A stretch of 64,000 nucleotides of DNA from a virus, in the IMG/VR virus record IMGVR_UViG_3300021178_000002, positions 3,830 through 67,829 of that record; one strand, 5' to 3'. Positions 37,241-46,867 of this stretch are shown piece by piece. How positions within the stretch are numbered: the first letter of the stretch is position 1; the number at the start of each line of letters is the position of its first letter. The translations under genes were made by a program, and so were the position numbers. The notes below the pieces were generated by a model, which ran no database searches, was not told the origin of the DNA, and saw only the letters and a program-made list of their open reading frames with translations.

Positions 37241-37624
37241 TTATTCGGGAGGCAACTGATGGGAAATCTTCCTCACGGGAATCCCCGCCGCTTCAGCTCG
37301 CCGCACCATGTCGGCCGTCCCTTTGGAATGAGCGAGGTCGTCGTGGAAGGCGAGCACCAGGTCAGGGTGTTCCTGGTCGAGCATCTCCTGGTTCCTGATC
37401 CGGCCAGCAAGGAGGTCGTAGAGCTTCCAGTTAGCTGGGTAGGGGTGGACTGGAATCCCGAGCTTCAAGCCTTCCTGCCGGCATATCTTGTCGGCCCCGT
37501 CAGCTTCTCCCTCGACGATTGTGAGCAGCTCTTGCCCTTCGACCTCGAGGATGATTTGGTAGAGCTTCTGAGCGACCATCTCGCGATCCTTCCAGTGGCG
37601 ATCACCGCAGCAGAGCAGGATCAT
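37241..37624 (-). CDS. SLOG family (YspA/DUF2493-like) protein
   Basis: CGDRHW, EGEADGAD, AGRIRNQEML, SKGTADMV. Confidence 0.85.
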   Translation of the reverse strand: MILLCCGDRHWKDREMVAQKLYQIILEVEGQELLTIVEGEADGADKICRQEGLKLGIPVHPYPANWKLYDLLAGRIRNQEMLDQEHPDLVLAFHDDLAHSKGTADMVRRAEAAGIPVRKISHQLPPE

Positions 37625-37625
37625 C

Positions 37626-37838
37626 TCACTCGTTCTCGGAAAGCCACTTCACAGCAGTCATGGCTGCATTGAGGTAAGCATCCGTCGGATCCTTGCGCTG
37701 TTCCTGGCCTGGTACGTATGCGGCCCAGATAGTATCCCGCATCGGCTTTGGCAGCATGTACCAATGCCGGCGACACATGAACATCCTCGGTGGCACAGGG
37801 ACATCGCAGTCCATGGCATGACAGGTATGGACGCTCAT
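37626..37838 (-). CDS. small zinc-finger protein
   Basis: HTCHAMDC...MCRRHW; ATGA overlap with the polymerase stop. Confidence 0.7.
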   Translation of the reverse strand: MSVHTCHAMDCDVPVPPRMFMCRRHWYMLPKPMRDTIWAAYVPGQEQRKDPTDAYLNAAMTAVKWLSENE

Positions 37839-40237
37839 CCCTTCCACTTCTCCGTCGTGCCCCATCTCTCACCGACTTCGATCTCGACGTCGAACGGGAC
37901 GTCGGTCTTAAGCAGAGTAGAGCCGGTCATTGTCCGATAGATCTGGTACAGCACGTCGTCAAGGATCTCCTTGCGGACCTCGAAGTTGATCGAGTCGTGG
38001 ATCGGGAAGAGAACGTAGGCGCCTTTCGGTAGCTGATCGTGGAGCTTGATCATGGCGTCCAGGCAGATGTCAGAGGCGGTGCCCTGGATCGGGAAGTTGG
38101 CAGCCTCGCGGCCGACGGCATTGCCAGCTCCAGGTGGAATGAATGGCCAGCGTCGACGTCTCCCGAGAGGGGACTCCACGTACTGGTTCTTGAGCGCGAA
38201 GTTCTTGGTCAATTCAATCCACTGCTTGAGCTTGGGGAACCCGTTGAGGAACCGGTAGAGAAACAGCTCAGCCTCCTCGATCGACCACCACTCGGCATCA
38301 GGATCCTTGTACTCCAGCTCGGCGCCCTCGACCAGCGACTGCGGACTGCGGCCGTAAATGATGCCGAAGTCAACGTGCTTGGCCATCACCCGTTCGGCCT
38401 TGGTGACAGCCTCAGCCGGCTTCTTGAAGATCATCGAGGCGACCTCTGTGTGTATATCGCGTCCGGTCCTGAAGACCTCCTGCATCTGCTCATCGCCAGC
38501 GATCACCGCAGCGACACGCAGTTCCAGCTGAGAGTAGTCGGCGGCCACCCAGACATATCCGGGCGAAGGGATGAAGGCGTTGCGGATGGCCGGTCCCATG
38601 AGAAGCGGGATATTCTGGATGTTGGGGGCGGCTGACGACAACCTCCCCGTCGCCGTCCCTAGAAGTTTGAAGTCGGACCGGAGCCGTCCATCGCGGCCAA
38701 GAAGATTGAGGATCTTATCGATATAGGTGGCCATGATCTTCTTGAGCAAGCGCAGCTCGACGATGTCGTTCAGCCCCTGCTTGATCACCGGATCGGTGGC
38801 CCGCTGAGAGAGCCCGAAGAGGATGTCCTTGGCCGTGGAATCCTCCGGCATCTCCATCGCCCGTTTGCCTGCCAGGTGAGGCTTGGGAGCCTTCCAATGC
38901 GTGTAGATGAGCTTGCTCAGCTGTGGTTGCGACTGCGGGTTGAACTTCTCCATCCCGAACTCAGCAGCCAACGCTTGGATCGAAGCATTCTTTTCCTCGA
39001 TCTTGGCCTGAGTAGTGACCTTCAGCTCCTCGAGGTATGGGCGATCTATCTTCACCCCGTGCAGCTCCATCTCTGCCAACGTGTAGGTCGCCGGCATGAG
39101 CAAGCTGTAGAACAAGGACGCCAGGCGAGGCGACTGCTCGTCCATCTTGGTGCGAAGGTCGCGCTTCAACTTCGAGGTGTAGCCGAGGTCGAGCGACTGG
39201 TACGCGTAGAGAGCCTGGAGGCGCTCCGTGCCCAGGCCCTGGGTGAAGTCGAAGTCGTAGTCCTCGGCGTCGTAGTGGATCCGGGCCTGTGTCTTCAGAC
39301 CGTGAGACTTGTACTTGCTGAATGGACGCTCGTCCAAGGTGTAGTGCATGACCATGCAGTCGACCGCGTGAGGTCGGATGCGCTCGCCGAAGTAGGCGTC
39401 TAAGAACTGAATGTCGAACTTGGCGTTCCAGAGCCCGAACTCGCCCCCGTAGGTCTCGGTAAAGAACTGCTTCAACAACGCTTTCACAGCTGGGACCTTG
39501 AGCAGGAGGGGACTGATGATCACGCCGGCGTCGTCGTTGCCGATGCCGCAGCTGACGATGCGATGGACCATCGGGTTGTCACCTGTGGTCTCAACGTCGA
39601 TGGTGAGATCACGACGGTCCATCATCTCGAACAGGTAGCGCTCTGCTGTGGCCAGCGATCCGGGAACGACGTAGTCGACCTCGAGGTCGGGCAGCGGGGA
39701 GGAGTACTCGGTCCACTTCACGATGTCGGCGGCGAAGTCGCGGAAGTATTCAGCATCACGCAGGACGGCCGCCGGGTGGAAGGTGGGCAGCGTGTAAACC
39801 AGCCGCCCACCCCACTCCGTCCACACACCACGGCCGTGCCAGCGCGTGATCGGCATCGCTTTGTCGGCTCGCAGGACGGCAGTTAAAGCAACGCCGCCGA
39901 CGGTGAGGATCTTGGTCGGCGCGACAAGCGCCAGCTCCTCCTCAAGCCGTGGGCGGCACCCTCTAATCTGTGCGATCCCCGGCGTCTTGTTACCAGGTGG
40001 ATGGCAAAGCACCGTGTTGGTGTAGAAGATCTCCTGGTCGTCGACGCCGGCCTGCCGCAGGACAACCCTCAGAAGACGGCCGGCCTGCCCGACGAACGCC
40101 TGCTTGCGCTGGACCTCGGTGTTGCCCGGAGCTTCTCCAAGAATGAGCAGGCCGTCACCAGGACCGTAGCCCTGGACGGTCGGTGAGTCCTTGAGTGGAC
40201 ACTTCTCACAGCGGCTAGGGAGCAGAGACCGGCTCAC
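37835..40237 (-). CDS. polA: family A DNA polymerase with N-terminal family-4 uracil-DNA-glycosylase-like domain
   Basis: GEAPG, TNTVLCHPP, FHPAA (UDG); DVETTG, NAKFD (exonuclease); ATGRLSS, DYSQLELR, KHVDFGIIYG, IHDS (polymerase). Confidence 0.93.
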   Translation of the reverse strand: MSRSLLPSRCEKCPLKDSPTVQGYGPGDGLLILGEAPGNTEVQRKQAFVGQAGRLLRVVLRQAGVDDQEIFYTNTVLCHPPGNKTPGIAQIRGCRPRLEEELALVAPTKILTVGGVALTAVLRADKAMPITRWHGRGVWTEWGGRLVYTLPTFHPAAVLRDAEYFRDFAADIVKWTEYSSPLPDLEVDYVVPGSLATAERYLFEMMDRRDLTIDVETTGDNPMVHRIVSCGIGNDDAGVIISPLLLKVPAVKALLKQFFTETYGGEFGLWNAKFDIQFLDAYFGERIRPHAVDCMVMHYTLDERPFSKYKSHGLKTQARIHYDAEDYDFDFTQGLGTERLQALYAYQSLDLGYTSKLKRDLRTKMDEQSPRLASLFYSLLMPATYTLAEMELHGVKIDRPYLEELKVTTQAKIEEKNASIQALAAEFGMEKFNPQSQPQLSKLIYTHWKAPKPHLAGKRAMEMPEDSTAKDILFGLSQRATDPVIKQGLNDIVELRLLKKIMATYIDKILNLLGRDGRLRSDFKLLGTATGRLSSAAPNIQNIPLLMGPAIRNAFIPSPGYVWVAADYSQLELRVAAVIAGDEQMQEVFRTGRDIHTEVASMIFKKPAEAVTKAERVMAKHVDFGIIYGRSPQSLVEGAELEYKDPDAEWWSIEEAELFLYRFLNGFPKLKQWIELTKNFALKNQYVESPLGRRRRWPFIPPGAGNAVGREAANFPIQGTASDICLDAMIKLHDQLPKGAYVLFPIHDSINFEVRKEILDDVLYQIYRTMTGSTLLKTDVPFDVEIEVGERWGTTEKWKG

Positions 40238-40559
40238 CTGATTCCTCTTCGAGGACCTCCATGATGGCAACCGCCACCGCAGCGCAGTGGAGCGCCTCCT
40301 TCATCCGTGCCTCAGGTGTTTGCCGCTCGGGCTCATCGTCCCTGAGGACTGTCCTGGCCAGCTCACCGACCTCTTCGCTCAGCACCGCATGCCAGATGAG
40401 TAGACGCTCCTCGAGCGGGCGGGTCATGTCCCGCTCAGGAGCAGTCGCGTGCTTGACATCCTGCCGTGAGCGCTCGGCGGCAATCTTGCCAAACGCTCGG
40501 TACATGGACGGAGGAAGGAACCGCTTGCGGTTCTTCCAGTGGAACGACGGAAAGTCCAC
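40215..40559 (-). CDS. MazG-like NTP pyrophosphatase
   Basis: LSEEVGELA...EALHCAAVAVA. Confidence 0.7.
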   Translation of the reverse strand: MDFPSFHWKNRKRFLPPSMYRAFGKIAAERSRQDVKHATAPERDMTRPLEERLLIWHAVLSEEVGELARTVLRDDEPERQTPEARMKEALHCAAVAVAIMEVLEEESGEPVSAP

Positions 40560-40561
40560 GC

Positions 40562-41122
40562 CTATCCTCCGATATGCTGCCAGCGACGGGCGATGTCTCG
40601 ACGCGCCCGGTCAGTCAGCCCCTTAACGAACCGAAATTTCCCAGGCACCTTGACCTCTTTGAACCCGAGCGCCTCGATCGCCGCCTTGTTCAGGTGGGTT
40701 GACCCGGCGTGGAATTTGCGCCTCGCAACAATTCGCCCATCCTGATCCCTGTACCCTCGCGCCTCCTCGCTTTGGCCCGTGTAAATCCACGACGCCGCCC
40801 GGTAGACGCCGCCCTTGTGGCCGGCGTTCGGATCGGCGAAGGACACCAGGGCCTCTACGGTCGGCTCGTCCTTCCTGAAGCCCCGTACAGCCTTGGCGAT
40901 AGCGCGAGTCAGCAGATCGGGTGCGTGGCCGTCAGGGGCCCAAAGACGGGTCAGCTCCCACACCTTCCCCTCGCGTCCCAGGACGAACTTGGCAAGGTAG
41001 GGGTTGGCTGGGATTGAGAACAGCACGATCGCATCCTCGAACACGTATTCCCGCGTCTTGCCCGAGGGTAGGGAATGAGTGTAGTGGTGGCGCAGGATAT
41101 CCTCGCGGGTCGGCGAAATCAC
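40562..41122 (-). CDS. Mom-like GNAT DNA modification protein
   Basis: HHY, ELTRLW, VSFADP..GHKGGVYRAASWIYTG. Confidence 0.8.
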   Translation of the reverse strand: MISPTREDILRHHYTHSLPSGKTREYVFEDAIVLFSIPANPYLAKFVLGREGKVWELTRLWAPDGHAPDLLTRAIAKAVRGFRKDEPTVEALVSFADPNAGHKGGVYRAASWIYTGQSEEARGYRDQDGRIVARRKFHAGSTHLNKAAIEALGFKEVKVPGKFRFVKGLTDRARRDIARRWQHIGG

Positions 41123-41308
41123 TTAGCCCGCCTTATCTGCGAGAGTCACGGCCTCGTCCAGTTCCGTCAGCCCTTCACCGATCCGAGCCTTTAGGTACGG
41201 CTGCGCCTTGTCTCCGGGCGAGAAATCATCAGCCTGCCTTCTGGCGTAAACGATCTTTCGGGCAGCGGCGTACACGCGATCTAGCGCCTTCACTCGCTCA
41301 CTTTCCAT
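41123..41308 (-). CDS. hypothetical protein
   Basis: GGAG RBS; operon packing. Confidence 0.5.
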   Translation of the reverse strand: MESERVKALDRVYAAARKIVYARRQADDFSPGDKAQPYLKARIGEGLTELDEAVTLADKAG

Positions 41309-41422
41309 AGTCGCTCCTATCCATGGTGATCGTGGTCACCCTCACGGTGAATGTCCAGGGCTTATCCCACCACGCCTTCCACTTGAGCCATAGGGACGTA
41401 GCCCTAGACCTGTTAGAAGCGG

Positions 41423-41629
41423 TCATCGCTTCACCGGCAGAAGCGCGGGATCCAAGCCCTTGATGAACTCGAATACCTCGCGGTCTTCCGTCAAGCCGTA
41501 CAAGGCTCGTTCATCAAACTGCATCGCAACACCGTCATGGACTCGGATGCTCTCAAGTAGCTCCTGGGTGTGAACGACCACCGAAGCCAACTTCACCATG
41601 AGCGAAATTGGGTAGCTGCTAGTACCCAC
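41423..41629 (-). CDS. hypothetical protein
   Basis: KLASVVVH..E...ALLPVKR; start uncertain. Confidence 0.55.
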   Translation of the reverse strand: MGTSSYPISLMVKLASVVVHTQELLESIRVHDGVAMQFDERALYGLTEDREVFEFIKGLDPALLPVKR

Positions 41630-41837
41630 GAAGCGCCGCCTCCCGAACCAGCCGCACGGCTGCCCGTGCGTCCGCAATAGTCTTGCGATGCGTCTTGACG
41701 ATCAGTCGGGCGTTGCGGAGCTTCTTGGTGCCGTGAAGATCCGCCGCCAGTTCGATGTAGTTGGCAAGCTGCTCCTGGCACGCAAGGGCAGCTTCCTGAC
41801 CCTCGATGGTTCGCTCAAGCAATAGGCTGTAGCTCAC
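41619..41837 (-). CDS. hypothetical protein
   Basis: GAGG RBS; 72 aa. Confidence 0.55.
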   Translation of the reverse strand: MSYSLLLERTIEGQEAALACQEQLANYIELAADLHGTKKLRNARLIVKTHRKTIADARAAVRLVREAALRGY

Positions 41838-41852
41838 TTTTCATACACCTCG

Positions 41853-42179
41853 TTATCCGCCACCCGGCATCCCCGGCTTGCCGTCGATCGGATTGCGGGG
41901 AACCCAGGTCAGCGTCGTACTGCCGTCGTACTCCGATACGAACATCACGCGGGTTGGGGTCCAAAGCCAGATGGCATGGCAGTCAGCCCCGCCAAAGCCA
42001 TCGTCGTAGATGTAGTCGAGTAGTGGCCGCGCCTCCCCCCAGGAGATCACCTTGCCCTCGACAGCCACAGCGCGATCCTCGTGACCCCAGCCGAATTTAC
42101 CAATGACCACGCCCTCGACCGGCTCACCATCGAGCGCCTCGTCGATCTGCTGGGCGAAGTTGGGATCTTCTCTACTCAC
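41853..42179 (-). CDS. hypothetical phage protein
   Basis: YDDGFGG...EYDGST...VPRNP; GGAGG RBS. Confidence 0.7.
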   Translation of the reverse strand: MSREDPNFAQQIDEALDGEPVEGVVIGKFGWGHEDRAVAVEGKVISWGEARPLLDYIYDDGFGGADCHAIWLWTPTRVMFVSEYDGSTTLTWVPRNPIDGKPGMPGGG

Positions 42180-42609
42180 GATTACCCTCCGGGTTCAGGC
42201 GATCCTCAACCCAAGTCATTGAGCCGCCGACGCCCCCGACTCGCGGAATGGAGTTCAGGAACGAGACTGGCGGAGTCTCCCACTCTCCCTCGGAGTCTGT
42301 CTCCCACGACTTGCAGCGCTCGCACTGGCGCTGGACGGTGGCGGCCTTGGTGACCTTCCACTTGCCACCGCCCATCAGACTCGCCATGAGCACGTCGAAG
42401 ATGTCCTGCCGCATCGGAGCCTCGTAGGGGTGCCATTCGCCCCACACGTGGCCCTGCTCCTTGCAAATGTCGATAGGCTTGGTCGGCCAGTCGAACTCTA
42501 GGGTGGCGTGGTGGTTCCCCTCGTGCCCCTTGGGGAGCGAGCAGTTGACGTAGTACGTGAGGTCGTCATCCTCGTACTCGTAATTACAAGCGTGGTTATG
42601 CTCGGGCAC
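42172..42609 (-). CDS. Cys/His-rich hypothetical protein
   Basis: GAGGAG RBS before GTG 42609; CSLPKGHEGNH, C..GH.W, CERC. Confidence 0.6.
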   Translation of the reverse strand: MPEHNHACNYEYEDDDLTYYVNCSLPKGHEGNHHATLEFDWPTKPIDICKEQGHVWGEWHPYEAPMRQDIFDVLMASLMGGGKWKVTKAATVQRQCERCKSWETDSEGEWETPPVSFLNSIPRVGGVGGSMTWVEDRLNPEGNRE

Positions 42610-42754
42610 GGTATGTCTCCTCCTCGTCGAACTGGATTCGATGCATAGCGAACATCGGACAAGGGGGCTTCGGTCCCTTCTCGGGCACTTTGTAGACCCA
42701 GCCACATTTGCGGCATCGCGCCCACACAGTCTTTGTCTGACTGTAATCACTCAT
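42596..42754 (-). CDS. small zinc-ribbon protein (52 aa)
   Basis: hand-translated MSDYSQTKTVWARCRKCGW...PCP; ATGA overlap. Confidence 0.5.
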   Translation of the reverse strand: MSDYSQTKTVWARCRKCGWVYKVPEKGPKPPCPMFAMHRIQFDEEETYRARA

Positions 42755-42936
42755 TTGATTTCACCTTCCGGGCCGACAACGATTGGCTGCGCGGTCTTGT
42801 GCTGGCAGTCCCTCTGCCAAACCCAGAACCATTCCTCCGTCGGGGACCAGGCGCGGCGTAGTACCCACGCGGCTTTGCAGGTGGGGCATTCAGGCCACGC
42901 TTTGATCTCTAGGTAGCCGGTACTTCGCTTTGTCAC
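42751..42936 (-). CDS. small CxxC protein
   Basis: CPTC...CQH. Confidence 0.5.
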   Translation of the reverse strand: MTKRSTGYLEIKAWPECPTCKAAWVLRRAWSPTEEWFWVWQRDCQHKTAQPIVVGPEGEIK

Positions 42937-43179
42937 CTAACGCGCCTTAACCACTAACCGCGCCTGAGCGATAGCCTCGGAATGATCTGAGCTACCACAC
43001 CCTAAGGGGAGTTCCGCAATCTCCTTGAGTGTGTCGTAGCGTCCCAGACGCCAGTAGTGACCGCTCATGTGGATGGCTGAACAGAAATCACTGTGCTGCC
43101 AGCGGGGGCGCTTACAAGCCTCGCAGTCGGCAGCCCAGAACCCATCGTCAAGGTCGTCCAATTTCTATTCGCTCGTACC

Positions 43180-43428
43180 CTAGAGGTCGGGCTCTTTCTT
43201 GACGGGCCAGATGGCCATCTCACCGGCGATGATCTCGGCTCGAGCAGCGATCTCGCTGAACTGGCCCTGATTCTTACGAACCAGGCGAGCCCACTCGCGC
43301 ACAGCCTCAGCTGCGTGCACATCCTGCGCGCGGAGCGTGAAGCAAGGCTCGCCGGCGGCTTCACAGCCAGCCGCGGTCTTCGAGTTGTAGTTGGGGTCGT
43401 CGTGCTTGGCGTAAGAGATGGGATCCAT
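43180..43428 (-). CDS. hypothetical phage protein
   Basis: EPCFTLRAQD motif; GGAGG before ATG 43428. Confidence 0.7.
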   Translation of the reverse strand: MDPISYAKHDDPNYNSKTAAGCEAAGEPCFTLRAQDVHAAEAVREWARLVRKNQGQFSEIAARAEIIAGEMAIWPVKKEPDL

Positions 43429-43442
43429 GTTGTCCTCCATGG

Positions 43443-43492
43443 AAAAAGGAGCCCGGGGCAGCTGACGTCAGCTGTTGAAACCCCCGGGCTCC
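43443..43492 (-). terminator. terminator-like hairpin downstream of the SSB gene
   Basis: 11 bp stem GGAGCCCGGGG/CCCCGGGCTCC followed by T5 on the minus strand. Confidence 0.65.
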
Positions 43493-43502
43493 GAAAGGAT
43501 GG

Positions 43503-44084
43503 TTACTTGAAGGTCCGCGCTCCTGGCTTGCCTGCGGTGGGGAACGGTGAGCGCCGCGCGCCTGCCGCCGGTGCTGGTCCGTTCTTGGCGGCCGCCGGTG
43601 ATGGCGAAGCCTTGGTCGCCGGTCTGGTCGCCGGTGCGGCCGCTGCAGCTGCGGGCTCGGGCTCCGCTTCCTGCTGCGAGAAGTCCTCGCCGTTGGGGCC
43701 GAGAATGTCGGAGATCTTGTTCGTCTGCCGGTTCTGGTACGGCTCGTTGTAGGTCTTGATCATGCAGGCCAAACCGATGACCTCCGGCTCGGTGACCTGT
43801 CCGGTCGCGTCGTCGAACTTGATGTTGACCTCCTCGGCCTGGAAGCCGAGGTTCTGGAAGACCTGCATCATCTTCCAGAGCGCGTCGGGCTGGAAGCTGG
43901 TGACCAGGTAGGAGTGGCGACCTTCGTGCTCGCCCTCTGCGATGGCCACGTCCCAGTTGAGATACGGGTGCTCCTTCCCCGGCTTCTGCCTGAGGACGCA
44001 GTCGGTGATCACCCCAGGGTAGTCACCAGCCGGGACGGCTGCGCGACTCTGAACGTCTGCGAAGTTGACTGTGATTTCGCCCAT
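43503..44084 (-). CDS. DUF669-like ssDNA-binding protein
   Basis: VPAGDY...YLNWD..I.EGEHEGR; Ala/Pro-rich tail; follows the AAA ATPase. Confidence 0.75.
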   Translation of the reverse strand: MGEITVNFADVQSRAAVPAGDYPGVITDCVLRQKPGKEHPYLNWDVAIAEGEHEGRHSYLVTSFQPDALWKMMQVFQNLGFQAEEVNIKFDDATGQVTEPEVIGLACMIKTYNEPYQNRQTNKISDILGPNGEDFSQQEAEPEPAAAAAAPATRPATKASPSPAAAKNGPAPAAGARRSPFPTAGKPGARTFK

Positions 44085-44912
44085 TTACGATGCTTTCCTC
44101 CGTGAACGTGTGGTGGTAGTTGCAGCAGCGGCCGCAACGGGTTCCGGCTCTGGCTCCTTGTCCTCCTGTGGTGCTACCTCCTCTTCCTCTTTCTTGGCGA
44201 AGCCGAGTACATCGAGCAGTGATCCGACGGTCGGGTCATCGATGTAGTCCGGGACTGCGTCTTCCTGCCCCCATGGCGTGCGGGTCTTCACGCGGAATTG
44301 CGCGAAGTTCTTGAGCAGCAGCGATCGTACATCGCGTGTGGTCTTGTCGGGGAGGATCTCAGTAGAGATGGTGAGGTAGCCGCAGACGTCGAACATCCCC
44401 GGCGCCTCGTCAGCCATCTGACCGGACAGCGCAGGCTTCTTCACGTTGCCCACGCGCGCCTCGCGGTCGGACTTGTCCTGCGAGGTGGCGATGAAGTGGT
44501 ACGGCAGGTCGCGGAAGGCTCTGATCAGGCGGCGCATCTGGATCGAGGCCTTGCCGTAGTCCTGGATCTCGAGCTTGTCCGGGTCGCGTGAGCTGGAGAC
44601 CTCGGAGAGGATCTCCATGAGGGCGAAGATGTGGGTCTCGGAGAGGGAGTCGAGCAGGATCGTCTTGTAGCCGCCCTCCCCCTTGGCTAGTCCAGCGTAG
44701 ATCTCGTTGAAGTCGTCCCAGGTCCGCACCTTGGCCATGTCGATGTCGAGTCCGGCCAGCGTTTGCTCGCCACCCTCGAAGTCGAGGTAGAGCGCCGGCG
44801 AGGTGCGTTCATCCTCCTGAGCTGAGCCCAGGAAGTGCGTTTTCCCGGAGCCGTAAGGCCCAAAGATGAGCGCTTTGAGGTACGCGTTCTGTCCAGGTTT
44901 GGTGATGTTCAA
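44085..44912 (-). CDS. AAA_24 / Sak4-like ATPase
   Basis: GPYGSGKT, LDFEGG, ILLDSLSE; AAGGAGG RBS. Confidence 0.85.
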   Translation of the reverse strand: MNITKPGQNAYLKALIFGPYGSGKTHFLGSAQEDERTSPALYLDFEGGEQTLAGLDIDMAKVRTWDDFNEIYAGLAKGEGGYKTILLDSLSETHIFALMEILSEVSSSRDPDKLEIQDYGKASIQMRRLIRAFRDLPYHFIATSQDKSDREARVGNVKKPALSGQMADEAPGMFDVCGYLTISTEILPDKTTRDVRSLLLKNFAQFRVKTRTPWGQEDAVPDYIDDPTVGSLLDVLGFAKKEEEEVAPQEDKEPEPEPVAAAAATTTTRSRRKAS

Positions 44913-44936
44913 GTGTCCTCCTTGATAGTCGAATTA

Positions 44937-45230
44937 TTATGAACTAAGGGCTGGCTTTGTGCAAGCCTCTTTTACAGCCTCGACGAACTCCGGCCAGCGC
45001 TTGCCGCCCAAGTCGAAGGCCTTTGGATGCTTGTGCGGATTGACGACGACGGCGAAGGCGGCATCGACGTGGTCGCCCCAGGGGTGAGCGATCAGCCACC
45101 CGACAGCTGCTCCGATGTCCTCACGAATCGGATCGTCGTTCACTTGGGGATGGGAAGCAATCGCATGCCTGGCACCGGGCTGTACGACGGACGCTGCTCC
45201 ATTGGCTTGTTCAGCACCTGCATGACGCAT
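44937..45230 (-). CDS. hypothetical protein
   Basis: AAGGTG RBS; 97 aa. Confidence 0.5.
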   Translation of the reverse strand: MRHAGAEQANGAASVVQPGARHAIASHPQVNDDPIREDIGAAVGWLIAHPWGDHVDAAFAVVVNPHKHPKAFDLGGKRWPEFVEAVKEACTKPALSS

Positions 45231-45425
45231 TCACCTTTCGGCCCAGTACGGTGCGACGCCGGCGACGGGTGCCACTGTCTGCAGCAGGGGTAGAAGACTC
45301 CGGTCATGGCAGAAGGTGGTAGTAGCCGAGGATGAGGCCCAGCATCAGTCCGCCGCAGAAGCCGGAGAACGTATAGAACAGCGCCAGCTTGACCATCAAT
45401 GACCGCGGGATGTAGAGGAACTTGC

Positions 45426-46493
45426 TCACAGCCGCTTCTCTGCAGAGACGGTGAACCTGGCCTTGATCATGTCCTCGTAGTCTGAGCCATCGTTCATGGC
45501 CAGGCAAACGTCGCGGAATGGACAGCGTGGACAACGCATAGGATCTGGTGAAGGGTAGGCCTTGCGAGGATCCTGCGCAACCGTCCGCATGTCCTGGAAC
45601 GTGTAGTAGAGATCACGCTCGTAGGCCTTGATCTGCGCTAGGTTGCGGGTGGTGACCTCCCGCTTGAAGTACTTCGACCAGGCCTGCTCCTTCAGCTGGG
45701 CCAGGATGTCGGTGTAGTCCTTAGGGTCGAGGTTCATCTCTCGCAGAGCCTGTGTGTACAACTCGAATGTGGTGCCCTGATCCTTGTCCTTTGAAAGCAA
45801 CGGAGGATCGCCCTGCTTGCGCGGCTTGAGCACTCGTGGCTCGTTAGGGATCCGCTTGAGCAGCGTGTCGTAGATCATGCCCTGAGGTAGGTAGCCGCGG
45901 ATCCGCCAGTACTCGTAGTGGTAGCCGGTGGTCTGCTCGTCCAGCTCGAGGTTGCGGCCCTCTGTCCAGGCCCGGGTGCTGTTCTTGTAGTCGACGATCC
46001 ACTCTCCATCTCGTCCGTTCATGACGACCAGCCGGTCCATTCTGGCACTCAGCTGAGGCAGTCCCTTGAGCGCGCGGCCGCCGGGATTGTGGATGGGGAC
46101 GAAGAGACGCTCCTCAAGTGATGTCGTCTTCAACTTCATGCCAGTCGAGCGGTCGAAGATGGCGTAGTTGTGGAGCATCCCGCGGCCGAGAATCACCAGC
46201 TCCTGAAACATGGGAGCCATGTCAGCCCAGAAGCCGCCGAAGCCTTGCTCCAGCTCGGGGATGCTGGCATTGCAGGCTTCGTTGAAAGCAGCGATCGCTT
46301 TCTCGACATCGCCCGTGCCGGCCAGCACTTGAAGACCGATGTGCATCTTGTCGCCGAACCAGAAGTAGTCGGTTGGAACCTTGGGAACAAGCCCACGGAT
46401 CTCACCGAGATACCACGCGCGCCGACACTCTTTGAACTTCTCGACCTCGGTCACGCGTACGACCTCGAGCCGATGGGGAACGGTCACGCTCAC
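45426..46493 (-). CDS. PD-(D/E)XK Cas4/RecB-like exonuclease
   Basis: FKECRRAW, RMDRL...IVDYK, Q...Y, CPRCPFRDVC. Confidence 0.85.
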   Translation of the reverse strand: MSVTVPHRLEVVRVTEVEKFKECRRAWYLGEIRGLVPKVPTDYFWFGDKMHIGLQVLAGTGDVEKAIAAFNEACNASIPELEQGFGGFWADMAPMFQELVILGRGMLHNYAIFDRSTGMKLKTTSLEERLFVPIHNPGGRALKGLPQLSARMDRLVVMNGRDGEWIVDYKNSTRAWTEGRNLELDEQTTGYHYEYWRIRGYLPQGMIYDTLLKRIPNEPRVLKPRKQGDPPLLSKDKDQGTTFELYTQALREMNLDPKDYTDILAQLKEQAWSKYFKREVTTRNLAQIKAYERDLYYTFQDMRTVAQDPRKAYPSPDPMRCPRCPFRDVCLAMNDGSDYEDMIKARFTVSAEKRL

Positions 46494-46867
46494 TTTTGTC
46501 CTCCAAATTTGTCTTGGGCCCACCGCGTCATGCGATAGGCATCTTTTTCGTGCTGGGTCTTCAATACACCACGCTCCGGCAGCGGGTGATGCCCGAATCG
46601 TGGCATCCAGTCGGCGGGCCGGATGACCTTCACTTCCACAGCTGCATAGAGCACACGCAGCGAGTGGATCTCCGCTTCATAGCGTTCCTGGACGTCGGGC
46701 CGTTCTCGATATGCCGGCCGCTCGATGACGACGAGGTCGACCGCCGGCACCAGCGCCTTGATCGAATAGGCCTGACCGAGTGGCACTGTTCCATGCAGGC
46801 TGAGTGCGTGGTCCCAGAGGCAGGCGTAGCCGATGGTATGCCCGAGGTCGATGGCCAGGATCTTCAC
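46490..46867 (-). CDS. RuvC-like Holliday junction resolvase
   Basis: ILAIDLG, VVIE, HEKDA. Confidence 0.7.
   Translation of the reverse strand: MKILAIDLGHTIGYACLWDHALSLHGTVPLGQAYSIKALVPAVDLVVIERPAYRERPDVQERYEAEIHSLRVLYAAVEVKVIRPADWMPRFGHHPLPERGVLKTQHEKDAYRMTRWAQDKFGGQK

Noticed and set aside
42661-42679. cUUCGg hairpin as a terminator
   Set aside because: Antisense and inside a small CxxC ORF (42596-42754); no U tract
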